A stretch of DNA of 64,000 bases from Candidatus Poribacteria bacterium (GTDB lineage Bacteria; Poribacteria; WGA-4E; WGA-3G). Numbering within the stretch: the first letter of the stretch is position 1; each line of letters opens with the position of its first letter. This document shows positions 29,896-40,521 of this stretch, in pieces. The position numbers were made by a program, and so were the translations under genes. A model generated the notes under the pieces. It searched no databases, had not been told where the DNA came from, and worked only from the letters and a program-made list of their open reading frames with translations. The stretch spans positions 4,608,001-4,672,000 of the forward strand of contig OZ251518.1 in NCBI GenBank assembly GCA_965242965.1, written 5' to 3'.

Positions 29896-30100
29896 GAGAG
29901 ACTTCCTGGTCTCGGTGGCCCCGTAAAATCCTACGCGCCGACAGCATGGCGGGGGACAGGCCCCCGCCCTACGCGCAAACGGCATGCAAGGGACAGTAGG
30001 AGAGACTTCCTGGTCTCGATTTTTAAACCTATCGGGACAGGGATGTCCCGCCTACCGAGGCAGCATGGCGGGGGACAGGCCCCCGCCCTACGCGCAGATA
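29890..30100. repeat. REP cluster
   Basis: GTAGGAGAGACTTCCTGGTCTCG twice; CAGCATGGCGGGG(G)ACAGGCCCCCGCCCTACGCGCA twice. Confidence 0.8.
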
Positions 30101-30116
30101 GCAATGCCTTTTTTTC

Positions 30117-30145
30117 TTGAAAAATAAAACAATTGCATCTATAAT
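30117..30145 (+). promoter_or_regulatory. Sigma70-type promoter for the Type IIG gene
   Basis: TTGAAA-N17-TATAAT. Confidence 0.5.
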
Positions 30146-30198
30146 AAGAAATAAACCGTGCTCAAACACTTTAAACGAAAAGAAAGAACTGACGATTT

Positions 30199-33100
30199 AT
30201 GAACCTAACGCGCATCCAAAATAGCATCAACACCTTCGCCGAAACGCCACTGCGCGAGGCATCAACGCGCCTCCTCAACGCCCTCGGTTACCATAGCGAT
30301 AGGACCGGAAACGAAGGCATGGATACCCAGGTATTCCAGTCTCTCAGAGAAGCCGCAGCAGCGCGCCGCGCGCAAGCACCACCCGATGCCCTTGATAGAC
30401 TTCGTATTAACGACTGGGAGAAGTTCCACCTCATCTTCCAGCTCTCCGATGACGAAATCAATCGGCAGGAAACGCTGTTTGAACCCCCGAATGTTGACTC
30501 GGGTCTGATGCTCTCCTATATCTTTGTCGCCGTGCAACTCAGGGGTGAGAACTGGACGCGCACGCAACTCGCCGACATCACCCGGTTTATCAACACGCAA
30601 ATCGTCGTGCCGATTATGGTGATGTTCCGATACGGCGATGTGCTAACGCTTGCTATCATCAACCGCCGATGGCACAAGCGCGATGAAACCAAGCGGGTGC
30701 TGGAAAAGGTGACGCTGATCAAGGACATCAACCTGCGCAATCCGCACCGCGCGCATCTTGATATCCTTGCCGAATTGCATCTGGAGTCCCTTCTTGAGAC
30801 TGAAGAGGTGCGTAATTTTGAATCGCTACACAAGGCGTGGGAAGGCGTGCTCAGCACCGAAACTCTCAACCGCAAGTTCTACCGAGAACTGTATGAATGG
30901 TATGACTGGGCAAAATCGGAATGCCGGTTTCCGGATGACGAGACTGAACAGCAAGTTATCCGCATGATTACCCGATTGCTGTTCGTCTGGTTTTTGAAAG
31001 AGAAAGGTTTGGTGCCGCCAGCTCTCTTCACAGAATCGGCGAGAGACGCGCTCTCTGTGCCGGCGGACCAGGAAGACGCATACTACAAGGCAATCCTGCA
31101 GAATCTCTTCTTCGCGACGCTGAATACGCCGATAGCCGAACGCGCCTTCAGCACCGAGGATAACCGAAGCCATCGCGATGCAAGCAAATATCGCTACGCC
31201 GCGCTGCTGCACGAACCCGACGCATTTCTCGAAGAACTCAAGCAGGTGCCGTTTGTCAACGGCGGACTGTTCGACTGCCTTGATACGTTTGAGGCGACGC
31301 GCTATGGCGGCGTGCGCATCGATTGCTTCACTGATAACGAAAACGACACGCAAAAACTGCACGTGCCGGACAAACTTTTCTTCAACGACGAAAAAGGCAT
31401 CTTCCCGTTCTTTTCGCGCTATAAGTTTACCGTTGAGGAAAACACGCCGGTCGAACAGGAAGTCGCGCTTGAACCGGAACTCCTCGGGCGCGTGTTCGAG
31501 AACCTGCTCGGTGACTATAACCCTGAAACGCAGTCTAGCGCGCGGAAATCCACCGGTTCTTACTACACGCCGCGCCAGATTGTCGACTACATGGTAGACG
31601 AGGCACTCATCGCCTATTTCCTGCAGAAAGTTGAACCCTTCGATGGCAACAGGGACTCCCTAGAGGAACGCCTCCGCGATGATCTACTCGCTTATGAAGC
31701 ACAGGGGGATGCCGATTCGCAAACAGGACATCTCATCCACGAGAATGAGGTGACGCAACTCATCCAAGCGATAGACGAACTCAAACTGTTGGACCCGGCC
31801 GTCGGCTCCGGTGCCTTCCCGATGGGCATCCTAAACAAACTGGTGCTTGTCCTGAAAAAGTTGGACCCGCAGAATGAGCAGTGGAAGGAACGTCAACGTC
31901 GGCAGGCACGAGTCATTCTGGATAGCCAGGTCCGGAATTACACGCTTGACGCGATTGAGAGAGCCTTTGCCGAAGAAAATCGGTATAACGACTACGGCAG
32001 GAAACTCTACCTCATTCAAAACTGCATCTACGGGGTAGACATCCAACCCATCGCCGTGACAATTGCCAAGCTGCGGTTTTTCATCTCGCTCATCATCGAA
32101 CAGGTGGCGAACGATAATCCCGATGATAACTACGGTATCCGTCCGCTACCGAATTTAGAAATCCGATTCGTCGCCGCCGATACGCTCATCGGGCTCCAGA
32201 AATCCGATTTCCAAATGCTCCTTGAGACAGACGCGATTGAGCAAAAACGCCAGCAAATTTCAAAGATTCGCGAAAACTACTTCAGCGCGAACACTCGGCA
32301 GCAGAAACTCTCGCTGATGCACGAAGAAGAGGCATGCCGGGCAGAATTAGTCAACGCGTTAACCGAATTGTCCTCGGGATGGGCATTAGATTCGCAAAGC
32401 GGCATCGTCGACGAGGCACAGAAAATCGCGCAATGGAATCCTTACGACAGGAACGCCGTCGCGGATTTCTTCGATGCCGAGGAAATGTTCGGCGTGAAGG
32501 ATGGGTTTGACATCGTCATCGGCAACCCGCCGTATATCCGGCACGAGAAGATTCGCCATCTCAAACCTGCTTTGAGAGAGCATTATGGCGGTTTCTTTAC
32601 CAGCACTGCGGATATCAGCGTCTATTTTTACAAACGCGCCGCCGAACTCCTGAAACAGGCCGGTATTTTGACTTATATCTGCACGAATAAGTTTATGCGG
32701 GGTGGCTACGGCAAAAACATTCGGCAGTTCTTAACATCGGATGTATCGCTGCAGGCACTCTTGGATTTCGGGAGTGTCCAAGTCTTTGAAGCGGCAGTTA
32801 ACACCTGCATCGTTCGCGCTGAAAAACGGATGTCCGAAGCGAACCATACCTTCTGGGCAGCGACGTTAAGCAGCGGTTCCGATGACTTTAACGTTCAGGA
32901 AGCGTTTCAAACACAGGCTTTTCCAATGCAGAATTCGCAGTTATCTCTGGACGAGTGGACTTTAGCATCACCTGAAGTCTTAGCACTGCTTGAAAAGTTG
33001 CAAAGCACTGGAATGCCTCTCGGTGAATCGGTTCAAGGCCAACTCTATTTTGGCATCAAATCGGGATACGATACCGCGTTTGTTATAGACAATGCCGAGC

Positions 33101-35253
33101 GCGAACACCTGATAGCCACGGATGCAAACAGCCGAGAACTCATAAAACCTTTCCTTCGCGGCCGGACTATCAGGAAGTGGAAATCCGATGTCCCAGAGGA
33201 ACACCTCATTGTGATAGCCAGCAGTACCAACGTAACGTGGCCCTGGACAGGGGTTGAAGACGAGGAAGCCGAGAGAATTTTCTCCGAAAACTACCCGGCG
33301 ATTCATCAACATCTCGCGCATCATCGGCAACGACTGGCAACACGTGAGGACATCGGCAAATTTTATTGGGAACTGCGTTCGTGTGACTACTATGAAGCCT
33401 TTGATGTGCCGAAGGTTATCTACTCAGGAACCGCGAAATCGTTCTACGGGTGTTATGACACTGCCGGGAATTACGGCTTAGCATCGACATGGGCGTTGCC
33501 AATCGAAGACCTGTCTCTGCTTGCAATCTTAAACAGTCGGCTGTTTGATTGGTATGCGCGACATAAATTTCAAAGCCTCGACAACCCGTGGGCGGGAGGG
33601 CGTTTGAATTTCAAAAAGGCGAACATGATGCATGTTCCGATAGCCGATCGAAATTCGGAACAGAAGGCGCAACTCTCGCGCTGGGTTGAGCGAATCCTCG
33701 CCGAACCTACAAGCGACAAAGTGTCCGCGCTTGAACATGCCATCGATCAGTTAGTCTACGAAGTTTATGGGTTAACCGAAGACGACATTGCGTTAATCGA
33801 GAAAACGTATCGCGATGCCGGCATGACGATACCCGAAGAGGAGGATATACCTATGCGTATCATTACCCGTGACGATATTCAGAGCATCGGCGATGCGGAA
33901 TCGTTGATGCAGTTTTTAGACGAAAAATTGGGTTTGCCTATTCCGGAAGGTTTAACCCTTGGAGAGATTGTCACAAATTTCTCACCCTATTCGCTCGGCA
34001 TCAGCAGAGACATCTCCAACGTGATGCTGGATTGCCAAGAGATTAGCGGTGCTCGTGGAGAACCTTCGGGTATCTTCCTTATCCGATTTCGCAGCGAAGA
34101 GGACTATTCGGAAGTCCTGCGTCTTGTCAGCGATTCCCCAAGGTTGCGCCGCCGCAACCCTGCAGATTTCGGTTTTATCTGTGCGGGTGAAAATTATCAA
34201 CCGTTCGCGTTTGCCTACTTCAGCGATTCGGCGGGAGGTGACTGGCAGAACGCGGAGTTAACCGTCTTTTCGTGGATAGAGACGAAGACGGTCGTTCACA
34301 CTGGTGCCAAGCATGAGCTGCCGGATGTCTTCTTTCCCGCTCCGTTACCTGAACCGGATGATCCCCCTGTGCCTGATCAGGTCATTGAGCCTACACCTGA
34401 CGAGGTTGTTAATCCGCCGGATGATAATCCGGATTCGCGTGAGCGTTTGTTGGCCAAACTGAGATCCACGGGGACATCGTTGGGACGGCATTGGAAAATC
34501 TTTAGCAGCGGCATTGTGACAGGGCTCAACAGCGCGTTTGTTATTGACGAATTCAAACGCGAACAGTTAATCGCCGAGGATTCTGAAAGTGCTCAATTGA
34601 TAAGGCCGTTAGCCCGTATTCCGAGAAGGAACAAATGGGCACCGGCGCGGAAGCATCTGATATGGATTCCGAGCAGCCAGTACAAACAATGGCCCTGGTC
34701 AGTTGCAAGCGGAGATGAAGTGACCGCGGAGCAAATCTTTGTCGAAACCTATCCAGCTATCAGCCAGCACCTAAACGTTTATAGGGACGACTTAAAAGGA
34801 CGATCTGCCACTCACCGGGGGGAATTCTATTGGGAACTCTCCGGAGCTGACCAGAATCCTGAGCATTACCCCAGAATTATCTATCGGAGGGGTAGTTCAA
34901 TGCGGGCGTGTTACGTAGATTGGGACGCGGTTCTTTTATACGGCACCTTCTCCATCCCTACGACAGACCTTTCCTTACTCGCGATTTTGAACAGCAAGGT
35001 TTTCAAGTGGTGGGCGCAATCCGAGTGTTTCTCATCAAGTGAGAACCAGCTGGTCTTCGGAAAAAGCAGCATGGATAATTTTCCGGTAGCGGATCGGACG
35101 GAGCAAAAATCGACAATCGTGGAGTACGTTCAGTTAATCCTTGACGAACCCGACAGTCACGAAGTCTCGGCCTTTGAGGCGGAGATTGACGCGTTGGTTT
35201 ACAATATGTATGGATTAACGGATGCCGAAATCGCGTTAATTGAGGGAAACTAG
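30199..35253 (+). CDS. Type IIG / Eco57I-like m6A methyltransferase with TaqI-like TRD, fused to a second TRD module
   Basis: RLLFVWFLKEKGLV, PFVNGGLF, GSYYTPRQIV, LDPAVGSGAF, IGNPPY; TRD motifs (WPW, YPAI, FYWEL, LLAILNS) occur twice. Confidence 0.9.
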   Translation: MNLTRIQNSINTFAETPLREASTRLLNALGYHSDRTGNEGMDTQVFQSLREAAAARRAQAPPDALDRLRINDWEKFHLIFQLSDDEINRQETLFEPPNVDSGLMLSYIFVAVQLRGENWTRTQLADITRFINTQIVVPIMVMFRYGDVLTLAIINRRWHKRDETKRVLEKVTLIKDINLRNPHRAHLDILAELHLESLLETEEVRNFESLHKAWEGVLSTETLNRKFYRELYEWYDWAKSECRFPDDETEQQVIRMITRLLFVWFLKEKGLVPPALFTESARDALSVPADQEDAYYKAILQNLFFATLNTPIAERAFSTEDNRSHRDASKYRYAALLHEPDAFLEELKQVPFVNGGLFDCLDTFEATRYGGVRIDCFTDNENDTQKLHVPDKLFFNDEKGIFPFFSRYKFTVEENTPVEQEVALEPELLGRVFENLLGDYNPETQSSARKSTGSYYTPRQIVDYMVDEALIAYFLQKVEPFDGNRDSLEERLRDDLLAYEAQGDADSQTGHLIHENEVTQLIQAIDELKLLDPAVGSGAFPMGILNKLVLVLKKLDPQNEQWKERQRRQARVILDSQVRNYTLDAIERAFAEENRYNDYGRKLYLIQNCIYGVDIQPIAVTIAKLRFFISLIIEQVANDNPDDNYGIRPLPNLEIRFVAADTLIGLQKSDFQMLLETDAIEQKRQQISKIRENYFSANTRQQKLSLMHEEEACRAELVNALTELSSGWALDSQSGIVDEAQKIAQWNPYDRNAVADFFDAEEMFGVKDGFDIVIGNPPYIRHEKIRHLKPALREHYGGFFTSTADISVYFYKRAAELLKQAGILTYICTNKFMRGGYGKNIRQFLTSDVSLQALLDFGSVQVFEAAVNTCIVRAEKRMSEANHTFWAATLSSGSDDFNVQEAFQTQAFPMQNSQLSLDEWTLASPEVLALLEKLQSTGMPLGESVQGQLYFGIKSGYDTAFVIDNAEREHLIATDANSRELIKPFLRGRTIRKWKSDVPEEHLIVIASSTNVTWPWTGVEDEEAERIFSENYPAIHQHLAHHRQRLATREDIGKFYWELRSCDYYEAFDVPKVIYSGTAKSFYGCYDTAGNYGLASTWALPIEDLSLLAILNSRLFDWYARHKFQSLDNPWAGGRLNFKKANMMHVPIADRNSEQKAQLSRWVERILAEPTSDKVSALEHAIDQLVYEVYGLTEDDIALIEKTYRDAGMTIPEEEDIPMRIITRDDIQSIGDAESLMQFLDEKLGLPIPEGLTLGEIVTNFSPYSLGISRDISNVMLDCQEISGARGEPSGIFLIRFRSEEDYSEVLRLVSDSPRLRRRNPADFGFICAGENYQPFAFAYFSDSAGGDWQNAELTVFSWIETKTVVHTGAKHELPDVFFPAPLPEPDDPPVPDQVIEPTPDEVVNPPDDNPDSRERLLAKLRSTGTSLGRHWKIFSSGIVTGLNSAFVIDEFKREQLIAEDSESAQLIRPLARIPRRNKWAPARKHLIWIPSSQYKQWPWSVASGDEVTAEQIFVETYPAISQHLNVYRDDLKGRSATHRGEFYWELSGADQNPEHYPRIIYRRGSSMRACYVDWDAVLLYGTFSIPTTDLSLLAILNSKVFKWWAQSECFSSSENQLVFGKSSMDNFPVADRTEQKSTIVEYVQLILDEPDSHEVSAFEAEIDALVYNMYGLTDAEIALIEGN

Positions 35254-35254
35254 C

Positions 35255-35910
35255 CGCATGCCGCGGGACCTGAATGTCTATAGCCCGCCGGGTAGGAGAG
35301 ACCTCCCGGTCTCGATGCACCCCCGTAGGAGAGACCTCCTGGTCTCGATTTCTTCGGGTAGGAGAGCCCACCTCTGTAGTTCGGGAGCGCCCGCTCCCGA
35401 ACGGGTCAGGATCAGGCGATCCTGACCTACAGGGGGAATGAGGTCTGACAGCAAAACGCCTGGCGAGGGACAGGCCCTCGCCCTACGGGAAAAGGGGATG
35501 TGCTTTGACGAAGAAACCCTCCCGTTACCGTAGCGCGGGGGCCTGTCCCCCGCGATCGTTGGATTGCGCGAACGATGGCGAGGGACAGGCCCTCCCTACG
35601 TGAAAGGGAAGCGTTTTTTTCATCGTAGCGCGGGGCCCTCGGATGCCACACGCGCATCCGAGCGGGTTTCCCCCGCGAGTGTTCGGTAGACCGGAGCCTG
35701 GCGAGGGACAGGCCCTCGCCCTACGGGGAAGGGGGATGTGCTTTGACGAAGAAACCCTCCCGTTACCGTAGCGCGGGGGCCTGTCCCCCGCGAGTGTTCG
35801 GTAGCCCGCAGCATGGCGAGGGACAGGCCCTCGCCCTACGTGAAGGGGAACCGTTTTTCGCCCAAGAAACCCGCCCGTTACCGGAGCGCGGGGCCCTCGG
35901 ATGCCATCAA
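35255..35910. repeat. REP-module cassette with an internal duplication of about 98 bp
   Basis: 35458-35555 repeated at 35696-35793; GTAG hairpins. Confidence 0.85.
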
Positions 35911-36006
35911 TGAAAAAATAGGTCGTAATTTCAGGCGATATGCGATAAACTACTATCTCAAAGGAGACGTTACAGAAACCCGAAAACGAGAGGAGGACAT
36001 TGCCAA

Positions 36007-37479
36007 ATGCGTATAGTTACGCGTGATGATACTCAGGGCATCGGCGATGCGGCATCGTTGCTGGCTTTCTTACGCGAGAAGTTCGCATTGCCTATCGCGG
36101 AGGATGCAACACTGGAACAGATTGCGCGGCCCTTTCCGTTACCGTATCTGCGGCTTGAAGAGGCAGTCGCCGCCCAGGTTATTGAGTGCCAAGAACTCCG
36201 TGTTCGTACTGAGGACGCTTCCGGGACTCGGCAGCCTTTCCTCATCCGATTTCGTGAGGAGACAGGATATCTGGAGCTCTTGCTTCACGTTGGGAAAGGC
36301 TTGCAGCTGCAAGGCTATAATGCTGAGGATTTCGGCTTCCTCTGTGTGGATGAGCATTTTTGTCCGTTCGCGCTCGCTTCCTTTGAAGGCGCAGAGTTGA
36401 CTATCCGTTCGTGGGGAGAGCAGCAGGCGCGCATCCATATTGACGCTGCCCATGAAATCCGTGCTGATTTCTTCCCGATGAAACAGGACACGCCAGCGAT
36501 TGCGGAAGTTCGATCGAACCTGCCTGAACCTCCCGTGAACGAGGAAGCAACACCTCTTGTCCCTGGGCCGGGTATAGTTGTCTCATCTTCGTCGGACGCG
36601 TTGTTGGCGAAAATCGAAAATGCTGGCACACCACTCAAGGAAGTCATCGACCAGGATCGGCTTAAACGTCGGATTGAGACCGGTCGGATTGAGACGAGAT
36701 GCAACATCGCATTCCTCATAGACAAGCCCAAACGCGAACAGTTAATCGCTGAGGATGCGAAAAGCGATGAACTCATAAAACCTATTATTGGGAGGTTGCA
36801 GGTAAAAAGGTGGCAACTGACTCCGAAGTATCTGATATTTATCCCCAGCAGTAAATTCAGGAAGTGGCCCTGGTCCGGCAGAAACGAGTCGGAGGCAGAG
36901 CGGATCTTTGCGAACGAATATCCGGCAATCCGCGAGCATCTCAACAACTATAGAGATAAGGTAAAGACACGCTCTAGACACGGCGAATTCTATTGGGAAC
37001 TCGCCATGCGTGCAGAGTATCCTGAGTTTCAGGAGCCCAAAATTGCCTACCGATGTGGGTATGCTATACAGGCCACCTATGACACATCTGGGGCGATTGT
37101 CATACATGGGGGTGGCTTCATCCCTTCTGCCGACCGGTCGCTGCTGGCGATTTTGAACAGCAAACTTCTCCATTTCTATGCACTAGCCCGATGTCAATCC
37201 ACGTATAATAGACCGCCGAATGCGGAGAATTGGATTGATTTCTACGAGCCGGGACAAGACTATCGGCTAGACAGTCTTCCGGTAGCGGATCGGACAGAAA
37301 AGGAGAAAGCGGACCTCGCGAATTACGTTCAGACAATTCTTGAGGATCCGCACGGTAACGAAGTCACTGTCTGTGAGGAGGAGATTGATGCGCTGGTTTA
37401 CCACCTGTATCGGTTAACTCCTGCCGAAATCGCGCTCATTGAAGAAACTAGCCGCATGTCGCAGGACATCTCTCTTTAG
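36007..37479 (+). CDS. Stand-alone TRD module, paralog of residues 1219-1684 of the Type IIG protein
   Basis: MRIVTRDDTQGIGDA vs MRIITRDDIQSIGDA; WPW, YPAI, GEFYWEL, LLAILNSK, EIDALVY; no MTase motifs seen; GAGGAGG RBS. Confidence 0.85.
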   Translation: MRIVTRDDTQGIGDAASLLAFLREKFALPIAEDATLEQIARPFPLPYLRLEEAVAAQVIECQELRVRTEDASGTRQPFLIRFREETGYLELLLHVGKGLQLQGYNAEDFGFLCVDEHFCPFALASFEGAELTIRSWGEQQARIHIDAAHEIRADFFPMKQDTPAIAEVRSNLPEPPVNEEATPLVPGPGIVVSSSSDALLAKIENAGTPLKEVIDQDRLKRRIETGRIETRCNIAFLIDKPKREQLIAEDAKSDELIKPIIGRLQVKRWQLTPKYLIFIPSSKFRKWPWSGRNESEAERIFANEYPAIREHLNNYRDKVKTRSRHGEFYWELAMRAEYPEFQEPKIAYRCGYAIQATYDTSGAIVIHGGGFIPSADRSLLAILNSKLLHFYALARCQSTYNRPPNAENWIDFYEPGQDYRLDSLPVADRTEKEKADLANYVQTILEDPHGNEVTVCEEEIDALVYHLYRLTPAEIALIEETSRMSQDISL

Positions 37480-37915
37480 GTCTGTAGGACCTTAATGTCT
37501 ATAGCCTGTCAGGTAGGAGAGACCTTCCGGTCTCAATGCAAGCGATGTTCCCGTAGGAGAGACCTCCCGGTCTCGATTTCTTCCGGTAGGAGAGTCCACC
37601 TCTGTAGTTCGGGAGCACCCGCTCCCGAACGGGTCAGGATCAGGCGATCCTGACCTACAGGGGGGACGAGGTCTGACACCAAAACGCATGGCGAGGGACA
37701 GGCCCTCGCCCTACGTGAAGAGGAAGCGTTTTTTCACCGTAGCGCGGGGGCCTGTCCCCCGCGATCGTCCGGTAGACCGGAGCATGGCGAGGGACAGGCC
37801 CTCGCCCTACGTGAAGGGGCAGCGTTTTTTCATCGCAGCGCGGGGGCCCTCGGATGCCACACGCGCATGCGAGTGGGTTTCCCCCGCGACGTTGAGCGAA
37901 TTATGAAACACCCTC
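37470..37915. repeat. REP-module cassette with one TIR end
   Basis: Homologous to the cassette after 35253; ends TTATGAAACACCCTC. Confidence 0.85.
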
Positions 37916-37935
37916 AGGTAAATAGAGGAGCAACT

Positions 37936-38922
37936 ATGAAAGTTTTAGTCATCGGCGGCACCGGCAACATTAGCCGCGGCATCGTCGCCGCACTGCAAGC
38001 GCGCAACAGCGAAGTGGTGCTGTTTAACCGCGGACAACACGTCGACGCGCCGCCACTAGACGTGCGCGTAATTCACGGAGACCGGCAGCAGCGCGCCGAT
38101 TTTGAGGCGAAAGTCGGCGCAGAAGAATGGGATGCTGTCATTGACATGATCAGTTTCAACGCTGATGATACCGCCTCCGCGATTCGGGCGTTTCAGGGAC
38201 GCGTCGGGCATTTCGTGCACTGCTCAACGGTGATGACATACGGGCCGCCCTTTGATGGCGTAAATTTGCCGGAAACAGCACCGTTAAACGGCACATCGGG
38301 CTACGCGCTCGGCAAAATCGCAGCGGATAATCTGCTGTTGGAAGCGCACGCGCGCGACGGGTTTCCGGTGACGATTTTCAAGCCGTCTTATACGCACGGA
38401 CCGGGGATACCTCTACATCGGCAGCTCGGATGCGGCGGGGTATGGATTGACAGGCTGCGCAAAGGGAAACCGATTATCTCCGTGGGTGATGGGACGAACT
38501 ATTTCCAATTTTTGGCATCGCGGGATGCAGGCGTTGCGTTCGCGGCGGTGCTCGGCAAAACCGAGTGCCTCGGGGAGATATACAACCTCGTGCATCCGCA
38601 GCCGCGCACATGGGACGAATGGCAAGAAGTTGCCGCTGCGTTTTTAGGTGTTTCGGCAGAGTTCGTGCATGTAGCGCAGGATACGCTCATTGCGATGGAC
38701 GCGCAGCGGTATAGCGGATTGCGCGGCAACTTCGGACATACGCAGATTTACAGCGGCGCAAAATTGGCGGCGGTGCTACCGGAATTCAACCCGCAAACGC
38801 CTGTGACAGAGAGCGTCGCCGATAACATTGCGTGGATGGACAAGCACAACCGCGTCCCGAATAGCGACGAAGATGACGTGGAAGACCGGATTATTGCGGC
38901 TATCCAAAACCTGTCGCTTTGA
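37936..38922 (+). CDS. NAD-dependent epimerase/dehydratase family protein
   Basis: MKVLVIGGTGNIS, HCSTVMTYG, YALGK. Confidence 0.9.
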   Translation: MKVLVIGGTGNISRGIVAALQARNSEVVLFNRGQHVDAPPLDVRVIHGDRQQRADFEAKVGAEEWDAVIDMISFNADDTASAIRAFQGRVGHFVHCSTVMTYGPPFDGVNLPETAPLNGTSGYALGKIAADNLLLEAHARDGFPVTIFKPSYTHGPGIPLHRQLGCGGVWIDRLRKGKPIISVGDGTNYFQFLASRDAGVAFAAVLGKTECLGEIYNLVHPQPRTWDEWQEVAAAFLGVSAEFVHVAQDTLIAMDAQRYSGLRGNFGHTQIYSGAKLAAVLPEFNPQTPVTESVADNIAWMDKHNRVPNSDEDDVEDRIIAAIQNLSL

Positions 38923-39099
38923 GAGGCAGTGTTTAGCGAATGTTAACGAATCGGCATTTCCGGTAGGAGAGACCTCCTGGTCTCGATGCACACTGTATCG
39001 GGACAAGGATGTCCCTCCTACCCAGACGCGTAGGAGAGACTCCCGTCTTGAAAAAAAACCGGTAGACGAGACTCCGGACTCAATTTTGAGGTAAAAACC

Positions 39100-39912
39100 G
39101 TGCTAAAAATCAAATCGGCATTAGATTCAGAGAGACTTGACTGCGTGGAACGCGACCTGAGCGAGGTGGGATTCCACATTATCAAGAACGTCATCACGCC
39201 TGAAGAGGCAGACGAAGCGCGCGAGGCGATATGGTCCCTCGTTGATGAAGATATCGCAAACGGCCGGGACCACACTTACGGCGATGGCAAAATTCGGCGT
39301 GTGTGGGGTATCGTCGGCAAATCGCCTATTTTTCGGCGGCTCATCCAACATCCGACAGTCATCGCTGTATGGAAACGCATGCTCGGTGAGGATGTCATCG
39401 CCTCGACATTCACTGCCAACATCGTTGACCCGGGCGCGCCCGCCGGCGGATGGCATATTGACTATCCCTATTGGGCGATGCAGCCGCCGTTTCCTTCCGG
39501 TTCTTTGACTGGACAGACGGTGTGGATGCTGGATGCCTTCACAGCGGATAACGGTGCGACGGCGTGCATTGCAGGCTCGCACAAAACGCTGCGTCGCCCA
39601 GAGTTAGGCGAAGCAGAGGGATTGGAGAAGAGCATCGCTGTCGCGCCGAAAGGTTCAATTCTGTTTACTAACGGTGCCATCTGGCATCAGTGTCTACCCA
39701 ACATGACAGATGCATCGCGCGTCGGGTTGCTCGGCATGTATAACCGTTCGGTTATCTATCCGCAGGAAGACATGCCGCGGCAGTTAACCGATGCGGCATT
39801 AGCGGATGAAAGCGATATCCTCAAGCAGTTGTTGGGCAGAAATATCCCGTTTCGCGATGTAGACCAGGGGCACAATTGGCATCGGACGGACAGGGGGTTT
39901 CGGGTTAACTGA
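39100..39912 (+). CDS. Phytanoyl-CoA dioxygenase (PhyH) family protein
   Basis: WHIDYPY, FTADNGAT...GSHK, IWH; GAGG RBS, GTG start. Confidence 0.9.
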   Translation: MLKIKSALDSERLDCVERDLSEVGFHIIKNVITPEEADEAREAIWSLVDEDIANGRDHTYGDGKIRRVWGIVGKSPIFRRLIQHPTVIAVWKRMLGEDVIASTFTANIVDPGAPAGGWHIDYPYWAMQPPFPSGSLTGQTVWMLDAFTADNGATACIAGSHKTLRRPELGEAEGLEKSIAVAPKGSILFTNGAIWHQCLPNMTDASRVGLLGMYNRSVIYPQEDMPRQLTDAALADESDILKQLLGRNIPFRDVDQGHNWHRTDRGFRVN

Positions 39913-39986
39913 TTCGGGCCCCGGTAGGAGAGACCTCCTTGCCTCGATGGTTTTCCTAAATGTCTCTGGCATTCGTCCAAATGTTG

Positions 39987-40015
39987 TTGCAATTCCGCTC
40001 GTGATATGATATACT
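39987..40015 (+). promoter_or_regulatory. Promoter of Uma2 copy 1 (twin at 41248-41276)
   Basis: TTGCAA-N17-TATACT; the twin is TTGCAA-N17-TACACT. Confidence 0.6.
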
Positions 40016-40025
40016 ATAGTAAAGT

Positions 40026-40466
40026 GAGGGTGTTTCATAATTCCGTGTAGGAGAGCCCTCCCGGTCTCGATTTTTCCGTAGCGCGGGGGCCTGTCCCCCG
40101 CGAGCGCTGGATTGCGCGAGGCATGGCGAGGGAAACCCGCTCGGATGCGCGTATGGCATCCGAGGGCCCTCGCCCTACGGTGCGGGGTGGCGTTTTTTTC
40201 CCGTAGCGCGGGGGCCTGTCCCCCGCGATCTCCATCGTCATGATGTGTGTTTCCCCCTCTGTAGTTTGTGATCGCCTGATCACAAACGGGTCGGGATCAG
40301 GCGATCCCGAACTACAGGACCTGGCGAGCGAGCGATGGCGAGGGACAGGCCCTCGCCCTACGTGAAGGAGAGGCGTTTTTTTCCCGTAGCGCGGGGGCCC
40401 TCGGATGCCACACGCGCATGCGAGCGGGTTTCCCCCGCGACGTTGAGCGATTTATGAAACACCCTC
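40026..40466. mobile_element. MITE: GAGGGTGTTTCATAA TIRs, AGTAAAGT target duplication
   Basis: TSD at 40018-40025 and 40467-40474; an empty-site twin exists at about 41279. Confidence 0.92.
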
Positions 40467-40521
40467 AGTAAAGTAGATGCCGCAACCAGCGGCAAAACCT
40501 GCATTGTGGAGGCATGAGAGC

